Assembly (NCBI GenBank): GCA_963810095.1
Contig: CAWEMM010000009.1
Span: forward strand, 192,001-256,000
Origin: an uncultured Chloroflexia bacterium
Lineage (GTDB): Bacteria > Chloroflexota > Anaerolineae > CG2-30-64-16
Direction of reading: 5' to 3'
Length of the DNA: 64,000 bases
The number at the start of each line of letters is the position of its first letter. Positions within the stretch are counted from its first letter, which is position 1. Made by a program: the position numbers and the translations under genes. A model generated the notes under the pieces. The model made no database searches. It was not told where the DNA came from and was given only the letters and a program-made list of their open reading frames with translations. Positions 1-9,041 of this stretch are shown here, piece by piece.

Positions 1-1345
1 TGTTGTCCGACGAGATCAGCTTTAGCGCTTCTTCCTGCGCGACCTGGATGCCCTGTTCGAGCAGGCCGCCTCCGGGGAAGAGCAGGGTGGTGATGGCTTG
101 CGCTTGCATGAGCGCCTTGATCGCCAGGGTCAGGTTCGGGTCGAGTCGCAACCCATGCCGGCGCAGGACATCCATCCCCGTGTTGAGGGATTGCGCAAAG
201 TCCATCGTCCCTGCGCCCTTCATGTACGGGCCCAGAGACCGCTGGAAGTCTTTGTTGTACCCCGCCTCGTCGAGATTAGCCTGGAACGGCACACTCAGGC
301 TCTTGAGGACTGCGGCGGAGGACTCGACGTCCCGATTTTGCAGTGCCAGAAGCAGCTGAACGAAATTGAGGCGCTGTGCCACTGTGATCTCGCCAACCAT
401 GCCCGTGTCGATGAATGTCACGTCCCCCGTTGTCGTGTTCACGAGGATGTTGCCGGGATGCGGATCGGCATGGAAGAAGCCGTCGATCATCAGCATCTTC
501 ACCATCGCACGCAGCGTGTTCGTGGCCAGCATCTCGCGGTTAATCCCTGCGGCGTCGATGGCTTCCAGATTGCTGATCTTGACCCCGCGCACGAATTCCA
601 TGGTCAGCACCCGGCTCGTGGAGTAGTCGGGGAATGTCTTGCAGATGTGGATGCCCGGGCAGCCGGCCAGGTTTTCCGCCAAGCGCATGGCGTTGTAGGC
701 CTCGCCGACATAATTCAACTCGAGAAGCGCATTGCTGCCGAACTCGTCGACCATGCCCGCCAGGTCGAACGCCTGCATGCTCCGGATGCGCCGGGTAAAG
801 ACCCGCGAGGCGTTCGACAGGATGCCAATGTCGGCCTTCATCTGCCTGCGGATGCCGGGGCGCTGGAGCTTGACGACGACTTCGGTGCCGTCATGCAGCA
901 CCGCGCGGTGCACCTGGGCGGTGGAAGCGGCAGCCAGCGGCCTGATGCTGAATTCGGCGAAGAGGTCTTCGGGCGCGCCGTTTAGCTCCTCCATGAGGAT
1001 TTGGCGCACCTCGTCTTCCCCGAAGGGCGGCACGTTACTCTGGAGCTTCTCCAGCTCGACCTGCCATTCTGAGGGGAGGGTCGATGCCTGGCTGGAAACG
1101 ATCTGCCCGATTTTGACGTAGGTCGGGCCGAGCTCCTCCATCATCAGGCGGATCTTGGTGGGAAGTTCCGGGACTTCAAGGTCCTTGGGCAAGTCCCACA
1201 CCCACGCCTGCATGCTCTGGCGCAGCGAGCCGAGGTAACCGGGCCGGTCGAGGATGATGTCGAAGCCGTAGCGCAGGAAGACGCTGTACACCTGCTGGAG
1301 CCGCAGGTTCTCGCGGAAGGAGTCCAATCCAGATGCTTGTTCCAT
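1..1345 (-). CDS. AarF/ABC1/UbiB family atypical protein kinase (3' end runs off window)
   Basis: Translated by hand from ATG at 1345 (MEQASGLDSFRENLRLQQV...). Motifs ELGPTYVKIGQ, PLAAASTAQVHRA, VVVKLQRP, GFFHADPHPGN and FIDTGMVG. Missing from the ORF track because there is no stop in the window. Confidence 0.93.
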   Translation of the reverse strand, partial: MEQASGLDSFRENLRLQQVYSVFLRYGFDIILDRPGYLGSLRQSMQAWVWDLPKDLEVPELPTKIRLMMEELGPTYVKIGQIVSSQASTLPSEWQVELEKLQSNVPPFGEDEVRQILMEELNGAPEDLFAEFSIRPLAAASTAQVHRAVLHDGTEVVVKLQRPGIRRQMKADIGILSNASRVFTRRIRSMQAFDLAGMVDEFGSNALLELNYVGEAYNAMRLAENLAGCPGIHICKTFPDYSTSRVLTMEFVRGVKISNLEAIDAAGINREMLATNTLRAMVKMLMIDGFFHADPHPGNILVNTTTGDVTFIDTGMVGEITVAQRLNFVQLLLALQNRDVESSAAVLKSLSVPFQANLDEAGYNKDFQRSLGPYMKGAGTMDFAQSLNTGMDVLRRHGLRLDPNLTLAIKALMQAQAITTLLFPGGGLLEQGIQVAQEEALKLISSDN

Positions 1346-1350
1346 GGCGA

Positions 1351-1998
1351 TCAGGCCTCCGGCTCAGTGGCATTGGCTGCAAGCGTAGCCTTGTTGTCTT
1401 CTGCCGCGGGCGCAGCGTGCGCCACGGCGTCTGCGGTCTTCGTATTGAGGGCCGGCAGCGCTGCCGCCTCCGCATCGGTCTCGACTTCCAGCTCGCCCGG
1501 GCTGAGCTGCGACTTGCGCGCGATGCGTGCCGGCACGATGCGGGTCCGGTAAAACTGGCGGTCCTTGATCCGCTCGCGAATCTCCGGGTACTTCTCCGCG
1601 ACGATTGGCGGGTTGAGGCCCAGCAACGCCTCGAGGACGGCTGTCGCCAGCCCGAGCAGGAGGCCGCCCAGCAGCGCCGCGAAGAGCGTCTCAACCCGCA
1701 GCAGGTCGGGCAGCAGCCAGGACAGCAGGAACAGGATGATCGCGTTGATCACGGCCAACACCAAGCCGGCGGTGGCGAAGATGAACCGTAGGGTCAGGAA
1801 GGCGATGACCGGCTTGACGAATGCGTTAAGCACGCCAAGCACCAACGAGAGGATCAACCAGTCTAGCACCCGCCGGTCGACGAAGTAGACGTTGGGGAGG
1901 AGCAACACCGTAAACAGCAGCGACAGCATGTTCACGAGGATGCGCACGACAAACATGCGCGGGTTGAAGTTTTGTTTCCAAAGCCTTAATCGGTTCAT
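1351..1998 (-). CDS. Phage-holin-superfamily-IV/YvlD-like 4-TM membrane protein with a soluble C-terminal tail
   Basis: Hydrophobic helices with LGVLNAFVKPVIAFLTL..FATAGLVLAVINA signature; start MNRLRLW at 1998 with GGAGG SD; directly upstream of the kinase. Confidence 0.8.
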   Translation of the reverse strand: MNRLRLWKQNFNPRMFVVRILVNMLSLLFTVLLLPNVYFVDRRVLDWLILSLVLGVLNAFVKPVIAFLTLRFIFATAGLVLAVINAIILFLLSWLLPDLLRVETLFAALLGGLLLGLATAVLEALLGLNPPIVAEKYPEIRERIKDRQFYRTRIVPARIARKSQLSPGELEVETDAEAAALPALNTKTADAVAHAAPAAEDNKATLAANATEPEA

Positions 1999-2301
1999 TC
2001 TTCCTCCTTGCAGAGGTGGGCAGGGCAGGGCGCATACGCCCAACCTGGGAGGAACGCGGTTGCCGTCTTGCCGCGACGCGACAGCCACCGCCTCGGCAAC
2101 GATTGCGGGCGCGCAAATCATACACCTGTTACGTTACGCGTGCCATCGTATGAAAATATAGTCTGCAAGCGCGGTGATGAGTGGGGCCTTGGGCCACGGC
2201 GGGCCGATCGGTAGTCCGCCCACTACATCCGAGCGTGACTTCGCGTATCTTTACCGCCGGACTGCTGACTGCGGCCCGCGGGAGAATGGAGGCGCAAGCA
2301 A

Positions 2302-3003
2302 ATGACGGTATCAGAAGTCGTACCGGGACTCTACCAGGTGGGATTGGGCATGGTAAATGCGTATTTGCTGCGGCAGAAAGACCAGCTCACGTTGGTTGAT
2401 ACCGGGGTGGCGGGCAGTGCCGCAAAGATTCTGGCGGCGGTGAACGAGTTGGGCGCGCGCCCGCAGGACCTCAAGCGCATCCTCGTTACGCATCTGCATG
2501 CCGATCACACGGGGAGTCTCGCGGAGTTGAAGCGCCAGACCGGGGCCACCGTCTACATGCATCCCGCGGACGCTGCGCTCGTGCGCCAGGGAGTGGCCAG
2601 CCGGCCAGCGCACCCCGCGCCCGGCCTCTTCAAGCGCATCGTCGTGCCGATCGCCATGCGCCGGCCCGCACGCATTGAGCCGGCCGAAGCGGACATGGAC
2701 CTGGCGGACGGCCAGGAGCTCGACATCGCAGACGGGCTCTGCGTCGTGTCGGCGCCCGGCCATGCGGCCGGCCAGGTCGTCTTCCTTTGGCCGAAAAACG
2801 GCGGGGTTCTCATCGCGGCGGACGCGGCGGCGAACTTCCGCGGCAAGCTGGACTATCCGATCCTGTTTGAGGATATGGCCGAGGGCGTGCGAAGCCTGCA
2901 AAAGCTGGCCGGGCTTGACTTCCAAGTGGCTGTGTTTGGCCACGGCCGCCCATCCGTCGGGCATGCGGCCGAGCGATTCCGGGCGAAGTGGGGGCCCGGC
3001 TAA
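2302..3003 (+). CDS. MBL-fold metallo-hydrolase
   Basis: LVDTG, THLHADHTG (HxHxDH), PGH and GHG motifs. Confidence 0.92.
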   Translation: MTVSEVVPGLYQVGLGMVNAYLLRQKDQLTLVDTGVAGSAAKILAAVNELGARPQDLKRILVTHLHADHTGSLAELKRQTGATVYMHPADAALVRQGVASRPAHPAPGLFKRIVVPIAMRRPARIEPAEADMDLADGQELDIADGLCVVSAPGHAAGQVVFLWPKNGGVLIAADAAANFRGKLDYPILFEDMAEGVRSLQKLAGLDFQVAVFGHGRPSVGHAAERFRAKWGPG

Positions 3004-3078
3004 TGCGCCGCACCCCCACTTCAAGGGGCAAAGCCCCGGACAGACTTCCTGATCGTCTGCGTCGTCGCGCCCCGGTGG

Positions 3079-4041
3079 CTAACGCGGGCGAACGGACGGT
3101 GCGCTCGTTGGGGCGGGCGCGGCAGCATCTTGCGCCGCGGCCGCCAGGCCGGCGAGCACTGCGATATTGACGAGCATGCACCACAAGCAGACGGCCGCAG
3201 CCACGTAGACGACCGCCAGGAAGGGGCTTGCGCCGCTCAGCATCATCACGCCGCCGACGAGCATCTCCAGCGCGAACGCCAGGGCGCCGACCCAAGCCGC
3301 CTTCCGGACGCCGTTGACACCGGCCGCGCGCACCGCCGTCACGATGAACGCGACGACCAGCAGCGCGGCGGCGACTGAGACGACGAGCCGCACCACCTGG
3401 GGCCACCCCGGCAGGTCGACGGGCAGGATGCGCCAGATGGGCCAGCTCAGGCAGCGCGTCAGCGAGCCCGCGCCCGCCACGAGGATGCCGCCCACATACA
3501 CGGCGTAAACCGTCGCCAGCGTTGCGATGCCCAGCGCGGCGAAGGACGATGAGGTCGAAAGCCGGTCGGGAAGCGCCGGGTTGTCGCGCCGCGCAAACGC
3601 AGCAGTCGTCGCGGTGGTCATCAGGGTCAGCACGATCAGCGCGGAGCCGAGATCCAGCGCGGCCACTCCCCGTGCGAGGCCGGTCAGCACCGCGAAGGCG
3701 CCGAATACCACGACGGCCAGGGTGAAGAAGATGGCGATCAGGGGCAGACGGGTGACGAGGAGGTCATGGCGGGCCCGGCGCCAGCCCACGACGGCCGCCG
3801 CAATGATCAACGGGGTTGTCAACGCGGCGATGAGCCGGTGGGTGTACTCGATAATCGAATGAATCTGCGGCGGCGGGATGGCCCGGCCGAAGCAGCCGGG
3901 CCAGTCAGGACAGGCGGCGCCCGACTCCGTCGCACAAACGACGGCGCCCATGGTGACGAGCAGGCCTGTGAATACGGTGGCCACGAGCAGCAAGTTGCGG
4001 TGTCCGCGAGTGATTCCTGAAGGGTTCGCTACGTTGCTCAC
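3079..4041 (-). CDS. COX15/CtaA (heme A synthase)-like membrane protein with degenerate heme ligands
   Basis: SGAACPDWPGC, IEYTHRLIA, about 8 TM helices; the other three canonical His positions appear substituted. Confidence 0.8.
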   Translation of the reverse strand: MSNVANPSGITRGHRNLLLVATVFTGLLVTMGAVVCATESGAACPDWPGCFGRAIPPPQIHSIIEYTHRLIAALTTPLIIAAAVVGWRRARHDLLVTRLPLIAIFFTLAVVVFGAFAVLTGLARGVAALDLGSALIVLTLMTTATTAAFARRDNPALPDRLSTSSSFAALGIATLATVYAVYVGGILVAGAGSLTRCLSWPIWRILPVDLPGWPQVVRLVVSVAAALLVVAFIVTAVRAAGVNGVRKAAWVGALAFALEMLVGGVMMLSGASPFLAVVYVAAAVCLWCMLVNIAVLAGLAAAAQDAAAPAPTSAPSVRPR

Positions 4042-4120
4042 ACTCTTCTCCGTTCGTCTTCGAGGAGCAGGGTCAAAACGTCATTCCACGCATGCTTTCG
4101 ACAAGCAGTGGCTGCGGCCC

Positions 4121-6224
4121 TTATTCTATCACATTCGCGGCTATCTGCACGATCCGGCCGTCCCCCGTACCGATGAAGAGCAGACGATCCTGGGCAAATG
4201 TTGGGGAGAGTGCGAGTGCCGTGGGCACAACGCCGGTTCCGGCATCCATCTCGGCCCACGTCTGCCCCCCATCGCCCGAGTGGTACAGGTGGCCCCACGT
4301 ACTCCGCTGCTCGCCTTCGTAGCGCGCCCCGCTGGCCACCAGATAAACCTCACGCCGCGCTTCGTTTGGGCCGTATGCGATCTGCATCTGTGCTGCACCG
4401 GGATTGGCGCTGTCACCACCCGCCTGCAGCACCCGCTGCCACGTTTGCCCCGCATCGGCCGAGCGGTACAGGTCGCCCACGACGTCCCCGGCGAACATCA
4501 CACCCCACCGGCTGAACCCGGGCGCAAGGCTGAGCAGCCGCGGTCCGCCGGTGGAGGGAGCCGTCAACTCGCGCCAGTGCTCGCCCCGGTCGTTCGACAG
4601 TTGCACGCTTCCCCCGCCGGCTTTCATACCATAGACGGCCACCGTGCCGTCCTGCTCAAACTCCGGGGAGAGCGCGATCACGGGCGCGAGACTGGTGGGC
4701 AGCGTCTGCCATGTCACGCCTCCGTCGACGCTTCGCTGCAGTCCGTTCTCGTACACCGACGCGAAGGCGGTGCGGTCGCGGGCAAAGGCGGGCGAAAGCG
4801 CCAGGTCGTGCACGGCCATGTGCGGCAACCCTTTGCCCGCGGGCAGCCAGGTCGTGCCGCCGTCGGTAGACCTGAAGATGCCGTTGCCCCGGATCCCCGC
4901 CAGCAACGTGCGATCTTTCGCATACGCCGGCGACACCGCCAGTGCCGACACCCGTGCGCAAAGGGCGGGCAGCCCACTGCCGGCGGCGAGCCACTGCTTG
5001 CCGCCATCACGGGTGAACGCAAGCGGGCCGCTGTCCACCTGGTTGAAAACGTAACAGGTCGTGTCGGGGTAGGGCGCAGACCACGAAGCGAACAAGGTGT
5101 TGTCCTGCTGCCAGGCCGGCGAGGGAGCCACAACGTTCACGGGGGCAGCGGGCAGCGTCTTAATCGGCGCCGGCGCTTTGGCCGAGGTGACGAGGCGAGC
5201 CGCGGGCCAGGGTCGAATAGTCCCGCCGTCGACGAAGTAGAGCCGGTCGCCGGCGGGGTCGTACGCGGCCAGTTCACCCTTGACCGGTTGAGCGGCGACT
5301 GCAAGCAGGCGCATGTCTTTCGGATCGAAGATGCGGACGCTGCCCTCGGCGCTCTGGTACAGGCGCGCCCGTTTGGTGTCGAGCTGGAACGCGCCGCCCC
5401 CGCTCCAGCCTGTGCTCCGGTAGTCCGCCTTGCCGTCCCGCTCGGTCCAAATCGTGCCGATGCCGAAACGGTGCCAACCTTCGGCGTAGAAGTTGCCGCC
5501 CGCGGCCAGCCCGCTGAAGCCATCCGTTCCGACCCGGCTCGTCTCGGCTCCTTTTGCCAGGTCGTAGGCGACAACCGTGAAGCCCACCCACGGCGTGCAG
5601 GCATAGGATGTGAACTGCAGATAGACCAGCCGTCGTTCGGCGTCAAAGAAGGTGCGCTCGATGGGCAGTGGATCCGGGCGAAGCCATGCGGCAGCGGTCC
5701 TGGACCGGGACGTCGAAGCTCGTCGAGGCAAGCTCTTGCCCTGTATTCGGGTCGAGCACGTTCATGCGGTTTCCGGCGAAGACGAGCAGGTGCCCGGTTT
5801 GGACGTCGAACTGGGGCGCCGGAAGCGGCCTCCGGGACGCCGGAGCCACGCCCTTCACGTCGAGCGTGCGCAGCGTCTTTCCAGATCGGGAGTCGAGAAC
5901 CGCGACCTGGTCGGGGCCGGAGATCACGAACAGCCTGTTTCCTTTTGCGTCCAGGGCAAAGGGGTTGCTGTAGGCAAAGGATGCGAGGCTGCGCCCGTCC
6001 GTTGCCGAGAAGACGCCGATATGGTGCTCCTGGCCGTCGGCCAGCACGAGCGCGTACAGGCGCGCATCCGGGCCGTCGACGAGGAGGGGCAAGGCCAGCG
6101 TGGTGACGGGAACGCGGGCGGGCGCGCCTAAAGCGGCTGGAACCGGCGCGGCGGCCATGATGAGCAGCAGCAGCCAGGTCAGCGTGAACAGACCGGTCGG
6201 AAGATGTCCTCTAGCCACACGCAC
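4121..6224 (-). CDS. Secreted beta-propeller protein: YVTN/WD40-like N-terminus plus BNR/Asp-box repeats (frameshift near 5700)
   Basis: Joins ORFs 5643..6491 and 4121..5731. GTG start with hydrophobic signal peptide; repeated S/TxDGGxTW Asp-boxes and 'ALSPxFxxD' repeats. Confidence 0.75.
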
Positions 6225-6284
6225 CTCGTCCTCTTGACGCCGGCGGGCGCGCGCCGGTTTCGCCAGGATAAACCAGGACTGTAG

Positions 6285-6290
6285 TATAAT
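6285..6290 (+). promoter_or_regulatory. Putative -10 element (TATAAT) for the CBS-ACT gene
   Basis: Perfect TATAAT about 45 nt upstream of AGGAGG SD/ATG 6337 in a GC-rich genome; no clear -35. Confidence 0.45.
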
Positions 6291-6336
6291 CAGGTTCAGT
6301 CCTAACCGCCACGCGCTCCAAAGCAGGAGGCCACCC

Positions 6337-6984
6337 ATGTTCGTCAAAGACTTGATGACGCCCCACCCGATTACCATTACGCCTGAAAGCTCGATCACCG
6401 CGGCCGAGCGAGTGATGAAGGAAAACAACATCCGCCACCTGCCCGTGGTGAGCCCGGGCGGCGCGCTGATCGGCCTGATCACCCGCACCACGCTCGAACA
6501 GGTCCTGCCCTCAAAGCTGACGACACTTTCGGTCTACGAACTCCACTATCAACTAGACAAGATCAACGTGCGGCAGGCGATGCTGCGCCAGGTCGTCACC
6601 GTGGGCGAAGACGTGCCGATCGAGCAGGCGGCCCGGATGATGTGGGAGAAGAAGATCGGCTGTTTGCCGGTGATGCGCGGCAACACGCTCGTGGGCATCG
6701 TGACCGACATCGACCTCATGCGCACCATGTTCGACCTCCTCGGCGCCCGACAGCCGGGCGTGCGGCTGACCTTGAAGGTGCCGGGCAGGCCGGGCGAATT
6801 TGCGAAGGTCACCGGGGCGATCGCTGCGCAGCAGGGCGACATTATGGGGCTGGGCGTGCTGCCGACCGACGAGCCGCTGACGTGGTGGGTCGTAGCAAAA
6901 GTGCGCTTTGTGGAACAGGAGCGCCTGGTGCAGGCAGTACGGGCGATCGAAGAGGTGGAGATCGTCGACGTGCGGTCTGAGTAA
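6337..6984 (+). CDS. CBS-pair plus ACT domain protein (AcuB-like)
   Basis: MFVKDLMT..IRHLPVV, KIGCLPV..GIVTDID and C-terminal ACT (PGRPGEFAKV). Confidence 0.9.
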   Translation: MFVKDLMTPHPITITPESSITAAERVMKENNIRHLPVVSPGGALIGLITRTTLEQVLPSKLTTLSVYELHYQLDKINVRQAMLRQVVTVGEDVPIEQAARMMWEKKIGCLPVMRGNTLVGIVTDIDLMRTMFDLLGARQPGVRLTLKVPGRPGEFAKVTGAIAAQQGDIMGLGVLPTDEPLTWWVVAKVRFVEQERLVQAVRAIEEVEIVDVRSE

Positions 6985-7003
6985 CGGAGACTGGCAGGCA
7001 AGT

Positions 7004-7032
7004 AAGGGCCTCCGAATTCGGGGGCCCTTTTT
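7004..7032 (+). terminator. Intrinsic terminator
   Basis: AAGGGCCTCCG-AATT-CGGGGGCCCTT followed by a T tract, between convergent genes. Confidence 0.8.
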
Positions 7033-7053
7033 GTTCTGCACTGGGTTGGGGTG

Positions 7054-7521
7054 CTATTGCCCTGGGACCTCGGGCGCCTCGCCCATCAATCCCTCCGCGA
7101 TCTGGGCCGCAGCGGCAACAAATGCGGGGCAGAGCGTCGTGAACACTTTGCGCGCCCGGGCATCGGCCAGCCCTTCGGGCGTGCGTTGGTCGGCCTGAAT
7201 CAGGTCACGACAGTGCAGGCTGCCGGTCTTCTCTTCGAAGCGGCGCACGAACTCGGCCGCGACCGCGTACGCCCGCTCCTTGGCCGCCTTATCCAGTCTT
7301 GCGTCCCCATAACGCAGACCAAGCGCCATCAGCGCACCCGATGCTGCGCCACACACCTCGCCCTGCCGGCCAATGCCGCCGCCAAACGGTGCGGCAAGGC
7401 GTAGGGCAGCGTCGAGCGGCAGGCCGAGTTCTTCGGCAAACGCGGACAGCGTTGACTGAGAGCAGTTGTAGCCCTCGCGAAAGCGGGCAAGGGCGATCTC
7501 CGCGGCGGATGACTCGGACAT
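7054..7521 (-). CDS. C-GCAxxG-C-C family putative redox protein
   Basis: GYNCSQS, FGGGIG, VCGAASG, LHCRDL and TLCP motifs. Confidence 0.92.
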   Translation of the reverse strand: MSESSAAEIALARFREGYNCSQSTLSAFAEELGLPLDAALRLAAPFGGGIGRQGEVCGAASGALMALGLRYGDARLDKAAKERAYAVAAEFVRRFEEKTGSLHCRDLIQADQRTPEGLADARARKVFTTLCPAFVAAAAQIAEGLMGEAPEVPGQ

Positions 7522-7564
7522 GGGTTGGATAAACTCCTGGCAGGTCGATCTGTGTGGGCCGGCC

Positions 7565-7834
7565 TCACTCAGGCCGGGTCGCTTCTTCCAGCATGATTAA
7601 ATAGCTCAGCGCCTCTTCCGCGTTCGTCCCGCACATCTCGGGCATCGGGCGCAGGTTGACGCACACTTGCGGGCGATCGGGCTGGCCGAAGAGCTTGCAC
7701 AGGTTGTCGGCGGTCAGTTGGACACATCGCACGCCGGCCGGCTTACCCTCGGGCATTCCTGGGATGGGTGAGGAAATCGATAGGGCGATGCAGCACGCCC
7801 CGCAGCCAACCCGGCACGCGAAGCCTTCGCTCAT
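7565..7834 (-). CDS. YkgJ family cysteine-cluster protein
   Basis: CRVGCGACC..GKPAGVRCVQL..CKLFG..RPQVC..EMCG. Confidence 0.9.
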   Translation of the reverse strand: MSEGFACRVGCGACCIALSISSPIPGMPEGKPAGVRCVQLTADNLCKLFGQPDRPQVCVNLRPMPEMCGTNAEEALSYLIMLEEATRPE

Positions 7835-8835
7835 TCGTATTTCGCCAGCGTTTCGGCGAACCCGCGCACTGCCGCGCCGACGAGTGCGGCCCGGGGATGC
7901 ATGATCAAGTGCACCGGCACCTGCGCCAGGACGTCTTGAAAGCGCCCCTTATCGCGGAAAGACCGGACGAAAGACTCGTTGTTCACCAGCCGCGGCAGGA
8001 TGCGGGGTGGAATACCTCCGCCAATGAAGACGCCGCCTGTCGCCAGCACTTTCAGCGCCAGGTTCCCTGCTTCCGCAGCCAGGATGCAGACAAAAACGTC
8101 CAGCGTCATCTGGCACAACCTGCACGGCCGCTCGGTGTCCAGTCCTGCGTTGACGATGACGGGGGTCGGATCGACCGCCGCCGCGAGTTGCTCGGCCAGC
8201 CACCCGGGCTCCTCGGCTGCGCCGCTCGCCGCCAGGTAATCATAGATGTTGGGAATGCCGATGCCCGAACAGACACGTTCAAAGCTAACGTGGCCCAGCT
8301 TGCCCATCAGGTACCGGAGCAGGTCGATCTGCAGCTCGTCGCCCGGTGCGAAGCTGGCATGCCCGCCCTCCGATGGGTGTGACCTGTACCGCGTGCCATC
8401 CCACGTCAGGAACGCCTCGCCCAGGCCGGTGCCGGGTGCGATGACGGCGACCGCGCCGCGGGGCACGGCGAACCCGGGAATGAGCGTGCGGATATCGTCG
8501 TCGGCCAGGTGGGGCACAGCATTGGCAATGGCGTCCAGGTCATTCAGAAGGCGCGCACTGCGCACCCCCAGCGCCTGCGCCAGTTGTCGCTCGTCCATCA
8601 CCCAGGGCAGGTTGGTGATCTCGGCGCGGCCTTCGATCACCGGCCCGGCTACGCCAAAGACCGCGGATTCGACGGGCAGCTTGACCTCGTTGAGAAAAGA
8701 CAGGGCGATGTCTTCCAGGCTGTCATAGGCCGAGCTCGGGTAAGACTTTTCGACCAGCGGCCGGCGCGCGCCGGCGTCCGTCGAGAAGATGCCCAGCACC
8801 GTCTTTGTTCCGCCGATATCGCCCGCGAGGAGCAT
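7831..8835 (-). CDS. glk: Glucokinase
   Basis: LAGDIGGTKT, GVAGP, LLNDL, GTGLG, PSEGGH, ERVCSG and GGVFIGGGI; start MLLAG at 8835. Confidence 0.93.
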   Translation of the reverse strand: MLLAGDIGGTKTVLGIFSTDAGARRPLVEKSYPSSAYDSLEDIALSFLNEVKLPVESAVFGVAGPVIEGRAEITNLPWVMDERQLAQALGVRSARLLNDLDAIANAVPHLADDDIRTLIPGFAVPRGAVAVIAPGTGLGEAFLTWDGTRYRSHPSEGGHASFAPGDELQIDLLRYLMGKLGHVSFERVCSGIGIPNIYDYLAASGAAEEPGWLAEQLAAAVDPTPVIVNAGLDTERPCRLCQMTLDVFVCILAAEAGNLALKVLATGGVFIGGGIPPRILPRLVNNESFVRSFRDKGRFQDVLAQVPVHLIMHPRAALVGAAVRGFAETLAKYE

Positions 8836-9041
8836 GGAGCCTCCTTGATAGGTGCAGAAAGTTGTCGATCCGGCCCCGATGGTACCACGATTGGGCCGGT
8901 CCGCAAACAAACTCCAGTTCCATCCCGGGCAGAAAAAGGGCCTGGCGCCAGGCTGCCCTGACTCCAGGCCCTTGTCATCTTCGACTGCGGACGGCAGCAC
9001 CGGCATTCGATGCCGTCGCCCGCAGCACGGTTCTACGGTCG

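Noticed and set aside
1351-1998. Holin as evidence of a prophage
   Set aside because: No endolysin, structural, integrase or replication genes; this family is common on chromosomes.
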